From positions 1 through 35,131 of the forward strand of contig JBOHSI010000054.1 in the NCBI GenBank assembly GCA_050733055.1: 35,131 nucleotides of DNA, read 5' to 3'. Shown in pieces: positions 1 through 8,234 of the stretch. Both the position numbers and the translations under genes were made by a program. Position 1 is the stretch's first letter; each line of letters begins with the position of its first letter. The DNA is from Gemmatimonadales bacterium (GTDB lineage: Bacteria; Gemmatimonadota; Gemmatimonadetes; Gemmatimonadales; GWC2-71-9). The notes under the pieces were generated by a model, which worked only from the letters and a program-made list of their open reading frames with translations, did no database searches and was not told where the DNA came from.

Positions 1-1045
1 CCAGGGCAGGGGAGGAAAGGAGCTGCGGCACCGGGTGCCCGTCACGCGGGTGCGCTACGCGCCGGCGCGCTGGGAGACGCTCGCGTACAGCGGGACGATG
101 GCGGCGGCCGTGCGCTCGCCCCGAGGCGTCTTCGCCGCCGCGTCGCTCGTCCTTCGCCAAACGAGTGCGGTCACCCGGGTAGGCCGGGGTGGGGCCATCG
201 ACATGGTGCACGCGCACTGGTGGGTGCCGGGGGGCATCAGCGCCTGGCTCGCGCGCCGCCCGTACGTCGTCACGCTCCACGGCACGGACGTCGCGCTGCT
301 CGAGCATTCCCGCGCCGCGCGGCTCCTCGCCGGCCGCGTGCTGCGCGGGGCCGCAGCCGTTACGGCTGTCTCGTCGTATCTGGCCGGTTCGGCGGCGCGG
401 GCGACGGCGCTCGAGCCGGGGCGCATCGTGGTCCAGCCGATGCCCGTGGACACGCGGGCCTTCACTCGCACGAGCAAGGGGGGAGGCGGCGTCGTGACGG
501 TGGGGCGGCTCACCAAGCAAAAACGCATCGATCTCCTGCTCGACGCCATGGCGGAGTTGAAACGCCGGGGGCGCGCGTTGCCGCTGACCGTCGTCGGCGA
601 CGGAGAGGAGCGGCATGCCCTCGAGCGCCGCGCCGTGGAGCTCGGCATCGCGGCACAAACGCGCTTCATCGGCGCCGTCACTCCGGACCAGATTCCGGAC
701 GCAGTGGACGATGCCGATGTGTTTGCGTTTCCAGCGGTGGGGGAGGGGCTCGGCCTCGCCGCCGCAGAAGCGCTGCTGCTCGGCGTTCCCGTGGTCGCAG
801 CGCTCGACGGCGGGGGCGTCACGGACATCGTCCCCGCCAACGGAGCTGGCCGGCTCGTTTCACCCGGAGACTCCTGGGCGCTCGCCCACGCTATCGACGA
901 ACTCGCCCGCGATCCCGAGAGTCGGCGTCTCGCCGCGGAACTGGGCGCCGACCTGCGGCGCCGGCTCGAGCCCTCCGCTGTCGCGGAGCGGTTCGAGGCC
1001 ATCTACGCGCAGGCGCTCGACCGCGCGCGATCCCGCAATGCGTAG
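1..1045 (+). CDS. Glycosyltransferase family 4 (GT-B fold), probably 5'-truncated by the window edge
   Basis: The frame of track ORF 35..1045 is open from base 2 to TAG 1043-1045. Motifs HAHWWVPGG, TLHGTDV and E-x7-E (EGLGLAAAE) are typical of the GT4 C-terminal half. The N-terminal Gly-rich loop of GT4 enzymes is absent, so the start is probably upstream of the window. AAGGAG at 17-22 leaves a GTG-35 start possible. Confidence 0.8.
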   Translation, partial: QGRGGKELRHRVPVTRVRYAPARWETLAYSGTMAAAVRSPRGVFAAASLVLRQTSAVTRVGRGGAIDMVHAHWWVPGGISAWLARRPYVVTLHGTDVALLEHSRAARLLAGRVLRGAAAVTAVSSYLAGSAARATALEPGRIVVQPMPVDTRAFTRTSKGGGGVVTVGRLTKQKRIDLLLDAMAELKRRGRALPLTVVGDGEERHALERRAVELGIAAQTRFIGAVTPDQIPDAVDDADVFAFPAVGEGLGLAAAEALLLGVPVVAALDGGGVTDIVPANGAGRLVSPGDSWALAHAIDELARDPESRRLAAELGADLRRRLEPSAVAERFEAIYAQALDRARSRNA

Positions 1046-1949
1046 ATGGCTGTGGGGCGTGCAGATCGCCGTCGCGGGCGTGGTCGCCGTCTTGGTCTGG
1101 CGTGCCATCGCCCGCAACTGGGACGAGTTCCGCTCGCTCCATGTGGCGCTCGCGCTCAGGCCCGGATGGATCGCCCTCTCGACCCTTGCGGTGCTCGCCA
1201 CGTATGCGGTGCAGATCGCGTCGTGGCGCCGGATCCTCGCTGGGTGGGACCAGCATCTCTCGTACAGCCGCGCCGCCCGCATCTGGCTGCTCGTGAACCT
1301 CGGCCGCTACGTGCCCGGAAAGGTGTGGACCGTGGCGGGGCTCATCGTCCTGGCCCAGCGGGCAGGGGTCGACGCTTGGGCGGCGGGTGCGTCGGCGTTC
1401 GCGGTCCAGGCCGTAGGGCTCGGGACGGCCGTTGCCGTGGTGGCCGCGGCGACCCCTGGGGCTGAGTCGCCCCTCCGCCTGGCGGCCGCGGCGAGCGTCG
1501 CCGTAGCCACTATCGCGTTCCTCGCCTGGGAGCGCGGCGCGCGCTGGCTCGCCGGACTGGCCGGCGGGGGCGAGGGCTTCAAGCCGCTCCCCCTCACGGC
1601 CGTCGCCGAGAGCGCCGTACTCACGCTGGCCAGCTGGGTGACGTACGGCCTCGCGTTCTGGCTGCTGGCCCGCGGGCTGGGGCTGCAGAGCTCGCTGCCG
1701 CTGCCCACGGCCGCGGGGGTGTTCGCGCTGGGCTACCTTCTGGGCCTGCTCGCGCTGTTCGTTCCCGGAGGCGTGGGCGTGCGGGAAATCGTGTTCATCG
1801 GGCTCCTCGCGCCGGCGCTCGGAAGCGGCGGCGCGATCGCCCTGAGTGTCGCCTCCCGCGTGCTCCTGACGCTGTGCGAAGCCGCCGCGCCGCTCGGCAT
1901 GCTGCTGATCAGCGGACGAACGAAGGAGGACCTGGGTGTACGAACCTAA
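1038..1949 (+). CDS. Flippase-like / lysylphosphatidylglycerol-synthase-TM-domain (UPF0104) integral membrane protein
   Basis: This is the in-frame part of track ORF 615..1949. ATG 1038 (MRRWLWGVQIAVAG...) overlaps the GT4 stop by 8 nt. The protein has multiple hydrophobic helices. The duplicated P-G-x-V/G motif (RYVPGKVWTVAG and FVPGGVGVREIV) is characteristic of the family. Confidence 0.7.
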   Translation: MRRWLWGVQIAVAGVVAVLVWRAIARNWDEFRSLHVALALRPGWIALSTLAVLATYAVQIASWRRILAGWDQHLSYSRAARIWLLVNLGRYVPGKVWTVAGLIVLAQRAGVDAWAAGASAFAVQAVGLGTAVAVVAAATPGAESPLRLAAAASVAVATIAFLAWERGARWLAGLAGGGEGFKPLPLTAVAESAVLTLASWVTYGLAFWLLARGLGLQSSLPLPTAAGVFALGYLLGLLALFVPGGVGVREIVFIGLLAPALGSGGAIALSVASRVLLTLCEAAAPLGMLLISGRTKEDLGVRT

Positions 1950-4254
1950 GCGGCCGACCCTCGTCGCCGCGGGACTGATGGCCCTGTGGGTGGCAGTCCT
2001 GGCGTCTCCGATGCTCGAGGGGAAATGGCTCGCGGCATCGTGGAGCGACCAGTACGCGGCGGGCTTCGCGTTCCGGCAGTGGGGCGCCGAGTGGTGGCAG
2101 CGGCTTGGCCACGTGCCCCTCTGGAACCCGGAGCTGTTCGGTGGGCTGCCGTTCGTCGCCGCGGGGCACGGCGACATCTTCTACCCGACGTCCTTCCTGC
2201 GCCTCGTGCTGCCCGTCGCCACAGTCGTGAACCTCGGCTTCGTCGTGCACTATGTCCTCGCCGGGCTATTCACCTATTGGTTGCTGCGGCGGCTGAACGT
2301 GTCCTGGACAGGCGCCGTGATCGGCGGGCTCGCATACGAGCTGTCCGGGTTGCTCGCCTCTTACCCATCTCCGGGACACGACGGAAAGCTGTTCGCCTCG
2401 GCGGCGCTACCGCTCGCCTGCCTCGCCCTCGTGATAGCGCTGCGAGACAAGCGGCCGGAAGGATATGGATTGCTGGCGATCGCGATCGCGCTCAGCTTGC
2501 TCGGCCACTTCCAGATCGCCTATTACCTGCTGATCGCCGTCGGCCTGTTCGCACTGTATCTGACGCTGGAAGAGAATACCTCGGATGCGCCCGCGCGACG
2601 GGTCGCGCGCTTAGGGATCGCGCTCGCCGCAGTGCTCCTCGGGTTCGGCCTCGCGGCGATCCAACTGCTGCCGTTTTTTGCATACATCCCGTTTTCGCCG
2701 CGCGCTGCGGGATACTACGGGTTCGCGGGCTCGGCATCGTACGCGATTCCGTGGAGCCACGTTCCCGAGTTCTTCCTCAAGCACTTCGTCGGGTCGCGTG
2801 AGACCTACTGGGGCGCGAATCCGCTGAAGCTGCTCTCCGAGTACCTGGGGCTCCCGGTAGTGGCGCTCGCCGTACTCGGCGCCGCCGTGAAAGAGCGGCG
2901 CAGGCTCGTGGTGTGGGTCGGCGGCATCGGCCTGCTGTTCCTCCTCATTAGCCTCGGGGCGAGCACGCCGTTTTACAGACTGTGGTGGACGGTCATGCCG
3001 CTCGTGAGCAAGACTCGCGCCCCGGGGATGGCGTTCTTCGTCGTCGCATTCGTCGTGGCGCTCCTGGCCGGGCTGGGCGCGCAGCGCCTGGAGCGCAAGG
3101 AGGGACGGAAGGCCGTCGTCCCGTGGCTGATCCTCGCCGGCGTGATCGCGCTGCTCGCGGTGAGCGGCGTGTTCGGGGCGATTGCCGAGACCCTCGCAGG
3201 GTCACGCGCGGCCGCGGCGCGCGACAACATCTCCGCCATCATGTGGGGGTCGTTCGGGAGTGCGCTCGCGCTGGGGTTGACGGGCGCGCTCGCGTGGGCG
3301 ACCCTGCGCGATCGCCTGACACCGCGGCTGTTCGCGCTCGCGCTAGCGCTCGTCATCGGCGGCGACCTGTGGCTGAACGCCACCCGCTTCTGGACGTATT
3401 CGCCGAATCCGACGAGCGACGTCTTCCGTCCCGATCCGCTCACGGACCGGATGCGCGCGACCCCGTTGCCGTATCGCGTACTGGACCTCGGCGTGTACCC
3501 GTCCGACGGGGTCACGCTCATGGCCTTCGACATCCCACAGGTCCTGGGCCATCACGGCAACGAGCTGCGGTATTACGACGAGCTGTTGGGCGGCAAGAAC
3601 GAGTGGAACAACCTCCGCTTCGTTCACCTCTGGGACCTGCTCGCCGTACGCTATGCGCTCACGCCGTCGGGCGCCCGCAACGTCGACAGCATCCCAGGCT
3701 ACCGGCGGGTGCTGGACTCCGTGCCCACTTCGGCGGGTGGGCAGGCAAACCTGTACGAGCGCATCGACGCGCAGCCGTACGCGCGCGTGGTGCCGGGCGG
3801 GTTCAAGGCTGCCGATTCCAGCGTGGTGATTCCGACGCTGCTCGACCCGCGCATCGACTACAGCCGCGTGGTGCTGTTCACCCCCGACCAGCCAGTCACG
3901 CCGATTCCCATCCGCGAGATGCCAGCGCCGAGTCCCTCGCGGGCCAGCGTGACGGCGTGGGTGCCGGGGCGTATGACCATCGGGCTCGACCCCGCGCCGC
4001 CGCAGCCGAGCTACGTCCTGGTTTCGGAAAACTGGTACCCCGACTGGCACGCTACAGTAGACGGAGCGCCGGGATCCGTGCTGCGCGGCGACTACACGCT
4101 CATCACCGTACCAGTGTCTGCGGGGGCGAAGCGGGTCGAACTCACATTCCGTTCTCACCACTACGAAACCGGTCGAGCGATCTCGCTCGGTTCACTCGCG
4201 CTCGTCGCAGGCCTGGTGGTGAGCTTCCTCGTGAGGCGCAGGCGGAATGCGTGA
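1936..4254 (+). CDS. YfhO-like polytopic membrane protein (putative GT-C type glycosyltransferase)
   Basis: 772-aa ORF. The GTG start at 1936 is preceded by GAAGGAGGA (1922-1930). More than 10 predicted TM helices occupy the N-terminal two thirds. The soluble C-terminal domain ends in a YfhO-like beta-rich segment (WYPDWHATVDGAPGSVLRGDYTLITVPVSAGAKRVELTF) plus a terminal TM helix. It overlaps the upstream gene by 14 nt and the downstream gene by 8 nt. Confidence 0.65.
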   Translation: MYEPKRPTLVAAGLMALWVAVLASPMLEGKWLAASWSDQYAAGFAFRQWGAEWWQRLGHVPLWNPELFGGLPFVAAGHGDIFYPTSFLRLVLPVATVVNLGFVVHYVLAGLFTYWLLRRLNVSWTGAVIGGLAYELSGLLASYPSPGHDGKLFASAALPLACLALVIALRDKRPEGYGLLAIAIALSLLGHFQIAYYLLIAVGLFALYLTLEENTSDAPARRVARLGIALAAVLLGFGLAAIQLLPFFAYIPFSPRAAGYYGFAGSASYAIPWSHVPEFFLKHFVGSRETYWGANPLKLLSEYLGLPVVALAVLGAAVKERRRLVVWVGGIGLLFLLISLGASTPFYRLWWTVMPLVSKTRAPGMAFFVVAFVVALLAGLGAQRLERKEGRKAVVPWLILAGVIALLAVSGVFGAIAETLAGSRAAAARDNISAIMWGSFGSALALGLTGALAWATLRDRLTPRLFALALALVIGGDLWLNATRFWTYSPNPTSDVFRPDPLTDRMRATPLPYRVLDLGVYPSDGVTLMAFDIPQVLGHHGNELRYYDELLGGKNEWNNLRFVHLWDLLAVRYALTPSGARNVDSIPGYRRVLDSVPTSAGGQANLYERIDAQPYARVVPGGFKAADSSVVIPTLLDPRIDYSRVVLFTPDQPVTPIPIREMPAPSPSRASVTAWVPGRMTIGLDPAPPQPSYVLVSENWYPDWHATVDGAPGSVLRGDYTLITVPVSAGAKRVELTFRSHHYETGRAISLGSLALVAGLVVSFLVRRRRNA

Positions 4255-4969
4255 GCGGGCGCTCGTCATCATTCCGACGTATAACGAGGCCGCAAACCTG
4301 CCGAGCCTCGTGCCCCAAATCCTCGCTCAGGATCCCCGGCTTGAGATTCTCGTGGTGGACGACAACTCCCCCGACGGCACCGGGAAGCTCGCCGAGGCGA
4401 TGGCACAGCAGGAGCCCCGGCTGCAGCTGCTCCATCGGGAGGGGAAGCTCGGCCTGGGCACTGCCTACATTGCCGGGTTCCGGTGGGCCCTGGAGCGGGA
4501 ATATGACTACGTCTTCGAGATGGACGCCGACCTCTCGCACGATCCGGCGCACTTAAAGGAGTTTCTCAAGGCCATCGAGGCTGCGGACCTCGTGCTCGGG
4601 TCGCGCTACCTGGAGGGTAAAGTAACCGTCGTCAACTGGCCGATGCCCCGTCTCTTGTTATCCTACTGTGCTAACGTCTATGCCAGGTGGCTGACGGGCC
4701 TGCGCGTCTGGGACCTGACGGGGGGGTTCAAGTGCTTTCGCAGGCGGGTGCTCGAAGCGATTGACCTGTCGCAGGTGCGCTCCAACGGTTACGCTTTTCA
4801 GATCGAAATGAGTGTGCGGGCATGGCGCAAAGGATTCACCCTGAAGGAAATCCCCATCGTGTTCGTCGACCGAACCGAGGGACTCAGCAAGATGAACCGG
4901 GCCATCGTGCGCGAAGCAGTGTGGATGGTGCCGCGCCTCAGGCTGATGGCGTGGTTCGGCCGCATCTAG
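4247..4969 (+). CDS. Polyprenol-monophosphate mannose/glycose synthase (GT2, Dpm1/GtrB-like)
   Basis: 240 aa. Motifs VIIPTYNEAANL, VVDDNSPDGT and EMDADLSHDP form the classic GT2 polyprenyl-phosphate sugar synthase signature. The protein has no C-terminal TM domain. Confidence 0.85.
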   Translation: MRERALVIIPTYNEAANLPSLVPQILAQDPRLEILVVDDNSPDGTGKLAEAMAQQEPRLQLLHREGKLGLGTAYIAGFRWALEREYDYVFEMDADLSHDPAHLKEFLKAIEAADLVLGSRYLEGKVTVVNWPMPRLLLSYCANVYARWLTGLRVWDLTGGFKCFRRRVLEAIDLSQVRSNGYAFQIEMSVRAWRKGFTLKEIPIVFVDRTEGLSKMNRAIVREAVWMVPRLRLMAWFGRI

Positions 4970-4989
4970 CCGGACTGCCGATCTACAAG

Positions 4990-5787
4990 ATGACGGGGTC
5001 GGGCAACGACTTCGTCATGGTGGACGGCCGACACACCTCGCCCGCGGACTGGTCCGAGGCCGACATTCGAGCGCTCTGCGCCCGCGGCACCGGTGTCGGC
5101 GCGGACGGGCTCGTGTTCGTCGGCCCCGGCTCGGCGCCGGGCGCCGTTCGCATGACCTACTTCAACTCGGACGGGTCCCGCGCCGCGATGTGCGGCAACG
5201 CGGCCCTGTGCAGCACGCGGCTGGCCGTGCGGTTGGGGCTGGCCAGCCCCCAGGGCATGAGTCTCGAGACCGACGCCGGCACCTACGCCAGCCGCTGCTC
5301 GGGCCCGGGCGAGCGCGCCGAGATCCAGCTTGGTCCCGTGCACGCGCCGGCGCCGGTCGCCGGCCTTGCCACTACGGATGGCGAGCAGCGCGCGGGCCTC
5401 GGTACGGTCGGCGTGCCGCACCTCGTGGTCCTCGTGGACGACGTGAACCGGCTGGACCTCGCGCGCCGCGGCAGGACGCTGCGGTTCGAGCCCGCCCTTG
5501 GACCGGCCGGCGCCAACGTCAACTTCATCTCGCCGGCAGGGTCCGCGTCCCAGTGGCAGATGCGCACCTACGAACGGGGGGTTGAGGGGGAGACCTTGGC
5601 ATGCGGAACGGGGGCCGTCGCCGCTGCCTGTGCGCTCGCCGAATGGGGCCTGGGCAAGCTTCCGGTGACGATTTGGACCCAGCGGGGCCGCCTGGACGTC
5701 AGCGCACGGCACAGCTCCGATGCAACCTACGAGGACGTTTGGCTAGCGGGGGAGGCTCGCGTTGTGATCCGTGGTGTGATCAACTGA
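4990..5787 (+). CDS. dapF: Diaminopimelate epimerase
   Basis: In-frame part of track ORF 4822..5787, using ATG 4990 (MTGSGNDFVMVDGR). Both catalytic Cys motifs are present (AAMCGNAALC and GETLACGTGAVAAA). A rarer CTG start at 4975 cannot be excluded. Confidence 0.9.
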   Translation: MTGSGNDFVMVDGRHTSPADWSEADIRALCARGTGVGADGLVFVGPGSAPGAVRMTYFNSDGSRAAMCGNAALCSTRLAVRLGLASPQGMSLETDAGTYASRCSGPGERAEIQLGPVHAPAPVAGLATTDGEQRAGLGTVGVPHLVVLVDDVNRLDLARRGRTLRFEPALGPAGANVNFISPAGSASQWQMRTYERGVEGETLACGTGAVAAACALAEWGLGKLPVTIWTQRGRLDVSARHSSDATYEDVWLAGEARVVIRGVIN

Positions 5788-5816
5788 TCCGGTTGTCCAC
5801 ATATGCACGGGCTTTA

Positions 5817-5844
5817 ACTTAACATAACATATCTTATACGAAGT
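5817..5844. other. dif: Candidate dif site (XerC/XerD chromosome-dimer resolution site)
   Basis: On the minus strand the site reads ACTTCGTATAA-GATATG-TTATGTTAAGT, an 11-6-11 architecture. The right arm matches the E. coli dif XerD arm TTATGTTAAAT at 10/11. The left arm matches the B. subtilis dif arm ACTTCCTAGAA at 9/11. It lies in an AT-rich gap between convergent gene ends, at the point where gene polarity flips. Confidence 0.75.
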
Positions 5845-5860
5845 TACGCAGCGGGAGAAC

Positions 5861-6538
5861 TCAGTTCGGGTCGGTCCCCTTCGTCAGCTCGCCGATCCGC
5901 ACTTTCGCCTCCACCACGCTGCCCCCCGAGTCTCGCTGCGCGGTAATCGCGCGATAGGCGCCGAGCGCCTTCGCCGTGTCGCCCGCCGCCAGCCACGCCC
6001 GCCCTTCATCCGACAGGAACTGTAACCGCAGGAAAGGAAACTGGGCCGCGTCGGCGGCGCTATGGTAGGCTTCGGCGGCATCCTTTGGGCGCGCCATGTT
6101 CTCGTAGGCCCCTCCGAGCAACCCATAGGCTTGGGCGCGGTAGGTCTTCCCCGCGTCGGGGGCAAACTTGGTCAACACCTGGATCGCGAGCTGATTCTGT
6201 CCCTGCCCGAGACGCACTTGGCCAAGGAGGATAGTGCCTTGCTGGGCGGCGCGCGTCCCCGAGTAGTTTTCCACGAGCTGCGCCAGCTCGCTCGCCGCCA
6301 GAGGATAATTCTTGGACTCAACCGCGAGGCGCGCTTGATCGAGCCGGGCGCTGCCGGTGCGTTCGGCCGTCCGCGTGGACAAGAGGTTCCACACGAACAG
6401 CGCCGCGCCGATGACGGAGAAGATCGCGATGTAGCTCGTCGCCTGCCGGTGGCCCTTGACCCACTGGACGAACCACGCCAGTACGCCTGGGTCATGAGCA
6501 GCAGTACGCGCCCCAGCTGGCGTTACCGAAGTTGCCAT
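5861..6538 (-). CDS. Membrane-anchored TPR-like protein (YfgM/TPR_21-like architecture)
   Basis: Track ORF 5861..6622 is trimmed to ATG 6538 (MATSVTPAG...) because the longer version overlaps tRNA-Arg. One N-terminal TM helix (ATSYIAIFSVIGAALFVWNLL) is followed by Ala/Leu-rich TPR-like repeats. Confidence 0.65.
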   Translation of the reverse strand: MATSVTPAGARTAAHDPGVLAWFVQWVKGHRQATSYIAIFSVIGAALFVWNLLSTRTAERTGSARLDQARLAVESKNYPLAASELAQLVENYSGTRAAQQGTILLGQVRLGQGQNQLAIQVLTKFAPDAGKTYRAQAYGLLGGAYENMARPKDAAEAYHSAADAAQFPFLRLQFLSDEGRAWLAAGDTAKALGAYRAITAQRDSGGSVVEAKVRIGELTKGTDPN

Positions 6539-6599
6539 GCCGTTGCTGGCCTCATTTCGTAGTCCAGAAGTCTCCCAGCTCGTGCCCTCAGCCCCCCAG

Positions 6600-6673
6600 T
6601 GCCCCTGGGGTGACTCGAACACCCGGCCAACGGTTTAGGAAACCGCTGCTCTATCCACCTGAGCTACAGGGGC
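6600..6673 (-). tRNA. tRNA-Arg (anticodon CCT)
   Basis: The minus-strand sequence GCCCCTGTAGCTCAGGTGGATAGAGCAGCGGTTTCCTAAACCGTTGGCCGGGTGTTCGAGTCACCCCAGGGGCA folds as a cloverleaf. It has a 7-bp acceptor stem, a GCTC/GAGC D stem, a GCGGT/ACCGT anticodon stem with loop TTCCTAA, and a GGGTG/CACCC T stem with loop TTCGAGT. No CCA is encoded. Confidence 0.93.
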
Positions 6674-6695
6674 TAAGCGCCGGAATCTAGTGGGG

Positions 6696-7247
6696 TTACG
6701 TGTAGTGCAGCAAGGCCTCAACGCGCTCGCTGGCAAGTCGTGCGCGACCATTCAGGAAGTCAAGCTCGACCAGGAACGTAAACCCGACCACCTCAGCCCG
6801 GTGCGTCCGCACCAGCTTCCCAGCGGCTTCGGCCGTTCCCCCCGTCGCTAGAACGTCGTCCACAATGAGCACCCGGTCCTTCACGCTTACAGCGTCGGAG
6901 TGCATCTCAAGCGCGTCGCTGCCGTACTCGAGGGCGTACTCGACCCGTCCCCGCTCCGAGGGGAGTTTCCCAGGCTTCCGAATCGGAACGAGCCCGGCAT
7001 CGAGCGCCAAGGCGATCGGGGCACCCAACAGGAATCCGCGCGATTCGATCGACACGACGCGCGAAACCTGGGCGCCGCGGAACGGCTGCGCCATCAGCTC
7101 CACGGCCCGCCGGAACGTGGTCGGGTCGAGCAGCAACGGCGTGATGTCCTTGAACATAATGCCAGGCTTCGGGAAGTCGGGGACGTCCCGGATGCGCTCG
7201 TAGATGTCCGCGATCGAGACTGTCTGGCTCAGGAGTCGCTCCCGCAA
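6696..7247 (-). CDS. apt: Adenine phosphoribosyltransferase
   Basis: 183 aa. It has the FPKPGIMFKDITPLL motif and the PRPP-binding motif VLIVDDVLATGGTAEA. Confidence 0.92.
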   Translation of the reverse strand: MRERLLSQTVSIADIYERIRDVPDFPKPGIMFKDITPLLLDPTTFRRAVELMAQPFRGAQVSRVVSIESRGFLLGAPIALALDAGLVPIRKPGKLPSERGRVEYALEYGSDALEMHSDAVSVKDRVLIVDDVLATGGTAEAAGKLVRTHRAEVVGFTFLVELDFLNGRARLASERVEALLHYT

Positions 7248-7520
7248 CTAGTTGATCTCGAAACGCCTCGGCAGGGCGACGTCAGGTGAAACATCGAGCT
7301 TCTCCACACGATCCACCTGCGCCATTGCCGGCCCCCGCGAAAGCGACTGCTCGAGGTGTTGCAGCGCGTTCTCGGGACCTTCAGCAATCACTTCAACCGA
7401 GCCGTCGGGAAGGTTCTTCGCGCGGCCCCGGAGACCCAGCCGCTCCGCTTCGCGCCACACGAACCACCTGAACCCCACACCCTGCACGATGCCCCGGACG
7501 ACCCACCGGCGGGCGGTCAC
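7248..7520 (-). CDS. acyP: Acylphosphatase
   Basis: 90 aa. It has the VRGIVQGVGFRWF signature. Its stop codon abuts the apt start codon. Confidence 0.88.
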   Translation of the reverse strand: MTARRWVVRGIVQGVGFRWFVWREAERLGLRGRAKNLPDGSVEVIAEGPENALQHLEQSLSRGPAMAQVDRVEKLDVSPDVALPRRFEIN

Positions 7521-7565
7521 GAAACGCGTCGGGGGATGCTGTCGGTGAGCCGGCTGCCGAAGTCC

Positions 7566-8234
7566 TCAAGCATCGAAGCCATGCTCTCCGACGAGCGGGA
7601 CGAACCGGGCCCCGCCAAGCGGGGTCTCCCTGAGACCGCCCTCGGCGCGTTCGACGAGTGTCAGCGTTTGCGCACCACGCGCGCCCAGCGGGATCAGCAA
7701 ACGGCCACGGGGCGCGAGCTGCTCGATGAGCGGTGGCGGGATCTCGGGCCCCCCGGCCGCCACGAGGATCGCGTCATATGGCGCGTAGGCGCTCCACCCC
7801 AGCGTGCCGTCGCCGAGCAGGACGGACACGTTCGCCGCGCCGGCGTCGCGCAACGCTCGCTGGGCCGCCAGCGCGAGGCTCTCCACGCGCTCGACGCTGA
7901 ACACAGTGGACGCAAGCGCCCCGAGCAGCGCCGTCTGGTACCCGGAGCCCGTGCCGATCTCGAGCACGCGCTCCCTCCCCCTCAGCCGCAGCGCCTCGAG
8001 ATAGCGCGCCTGGGTGAAAGGCTGCGAGATGGTCTGGCCATTCCCGATCGGCAGGGCTGCGTCCTCGTAGGCGCGGTGGCGCAGCGCCTCGGGCACGAAC
8101 AGGTGCCGGGGGGTCTCGGCGAACGCCTTGAGCACCGCGAGGTCCCGGATGCCCTTGGCGTGCAGAGCCTCGACCAGCCGTGCGCGGTACCCGGCGTACG
8201 TGTCTCCGACCCCGCTCAGTCTCCCGGAACCCAT
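7566..8234 (-). CDS. pcm: Protein-L-isoaspartate O-methyltransferase
   Basis: Track ORF 7566..8387 is trimmed to ATG 8234, which overlaps the surE stop by 19 nt. Supporting features are PRHLFVPE, the SAM-binding motif VLEIGTGSGYQTALL, and the classic surE-pcm gene pair. Confidence 0.88.
   Translation of the reverse strand: MGSGRLSGVGDTYAGYRARLVEALHAKGIRDLAVLKAFAETPRHLFVPEALRHRAYEDAALPIGNGQTISQPFTQARYLEALRLRGRERVLEIGTGSGYQTALLGALASTVFSVERVESLALAAQRALRDAGAANVSVLLGDGTLGWSAYAPYDAILVAAGGPEIPPPLIEQLAPRGRLLIPLGARGAQTLTLVERAEGGLRETPLGGARFVPLVGEHGFDA

Noticed and set aside
5814-5847. loxP-like sequence. TATACGAAGTTAC (5835-5847) matches the 13-bp loxP arm TATACGAAGTTAT at 12/13, which could suggest an engineered Cre-lox scar.
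   Set aside because: The opposite arm (5814-5826) matches loxP at only 9/13, and the 8-bp spacer ACATATCT is not the loxP spacer. The same bases fit the 11-6-11 dif architecture much better. Cre/lox and Xer/dif sites are related tyrosine-recombinase targets, so partial resemblance is expected.
6539-6622. Upstream start at 6622 for the TPR gene.
   Set aside because: It would overlap the 3' part of tRNA-Arg(CCT) (6600-6673) on the same strand. ATG 6538 gives a sensible N-terminus followed by a TM helix.
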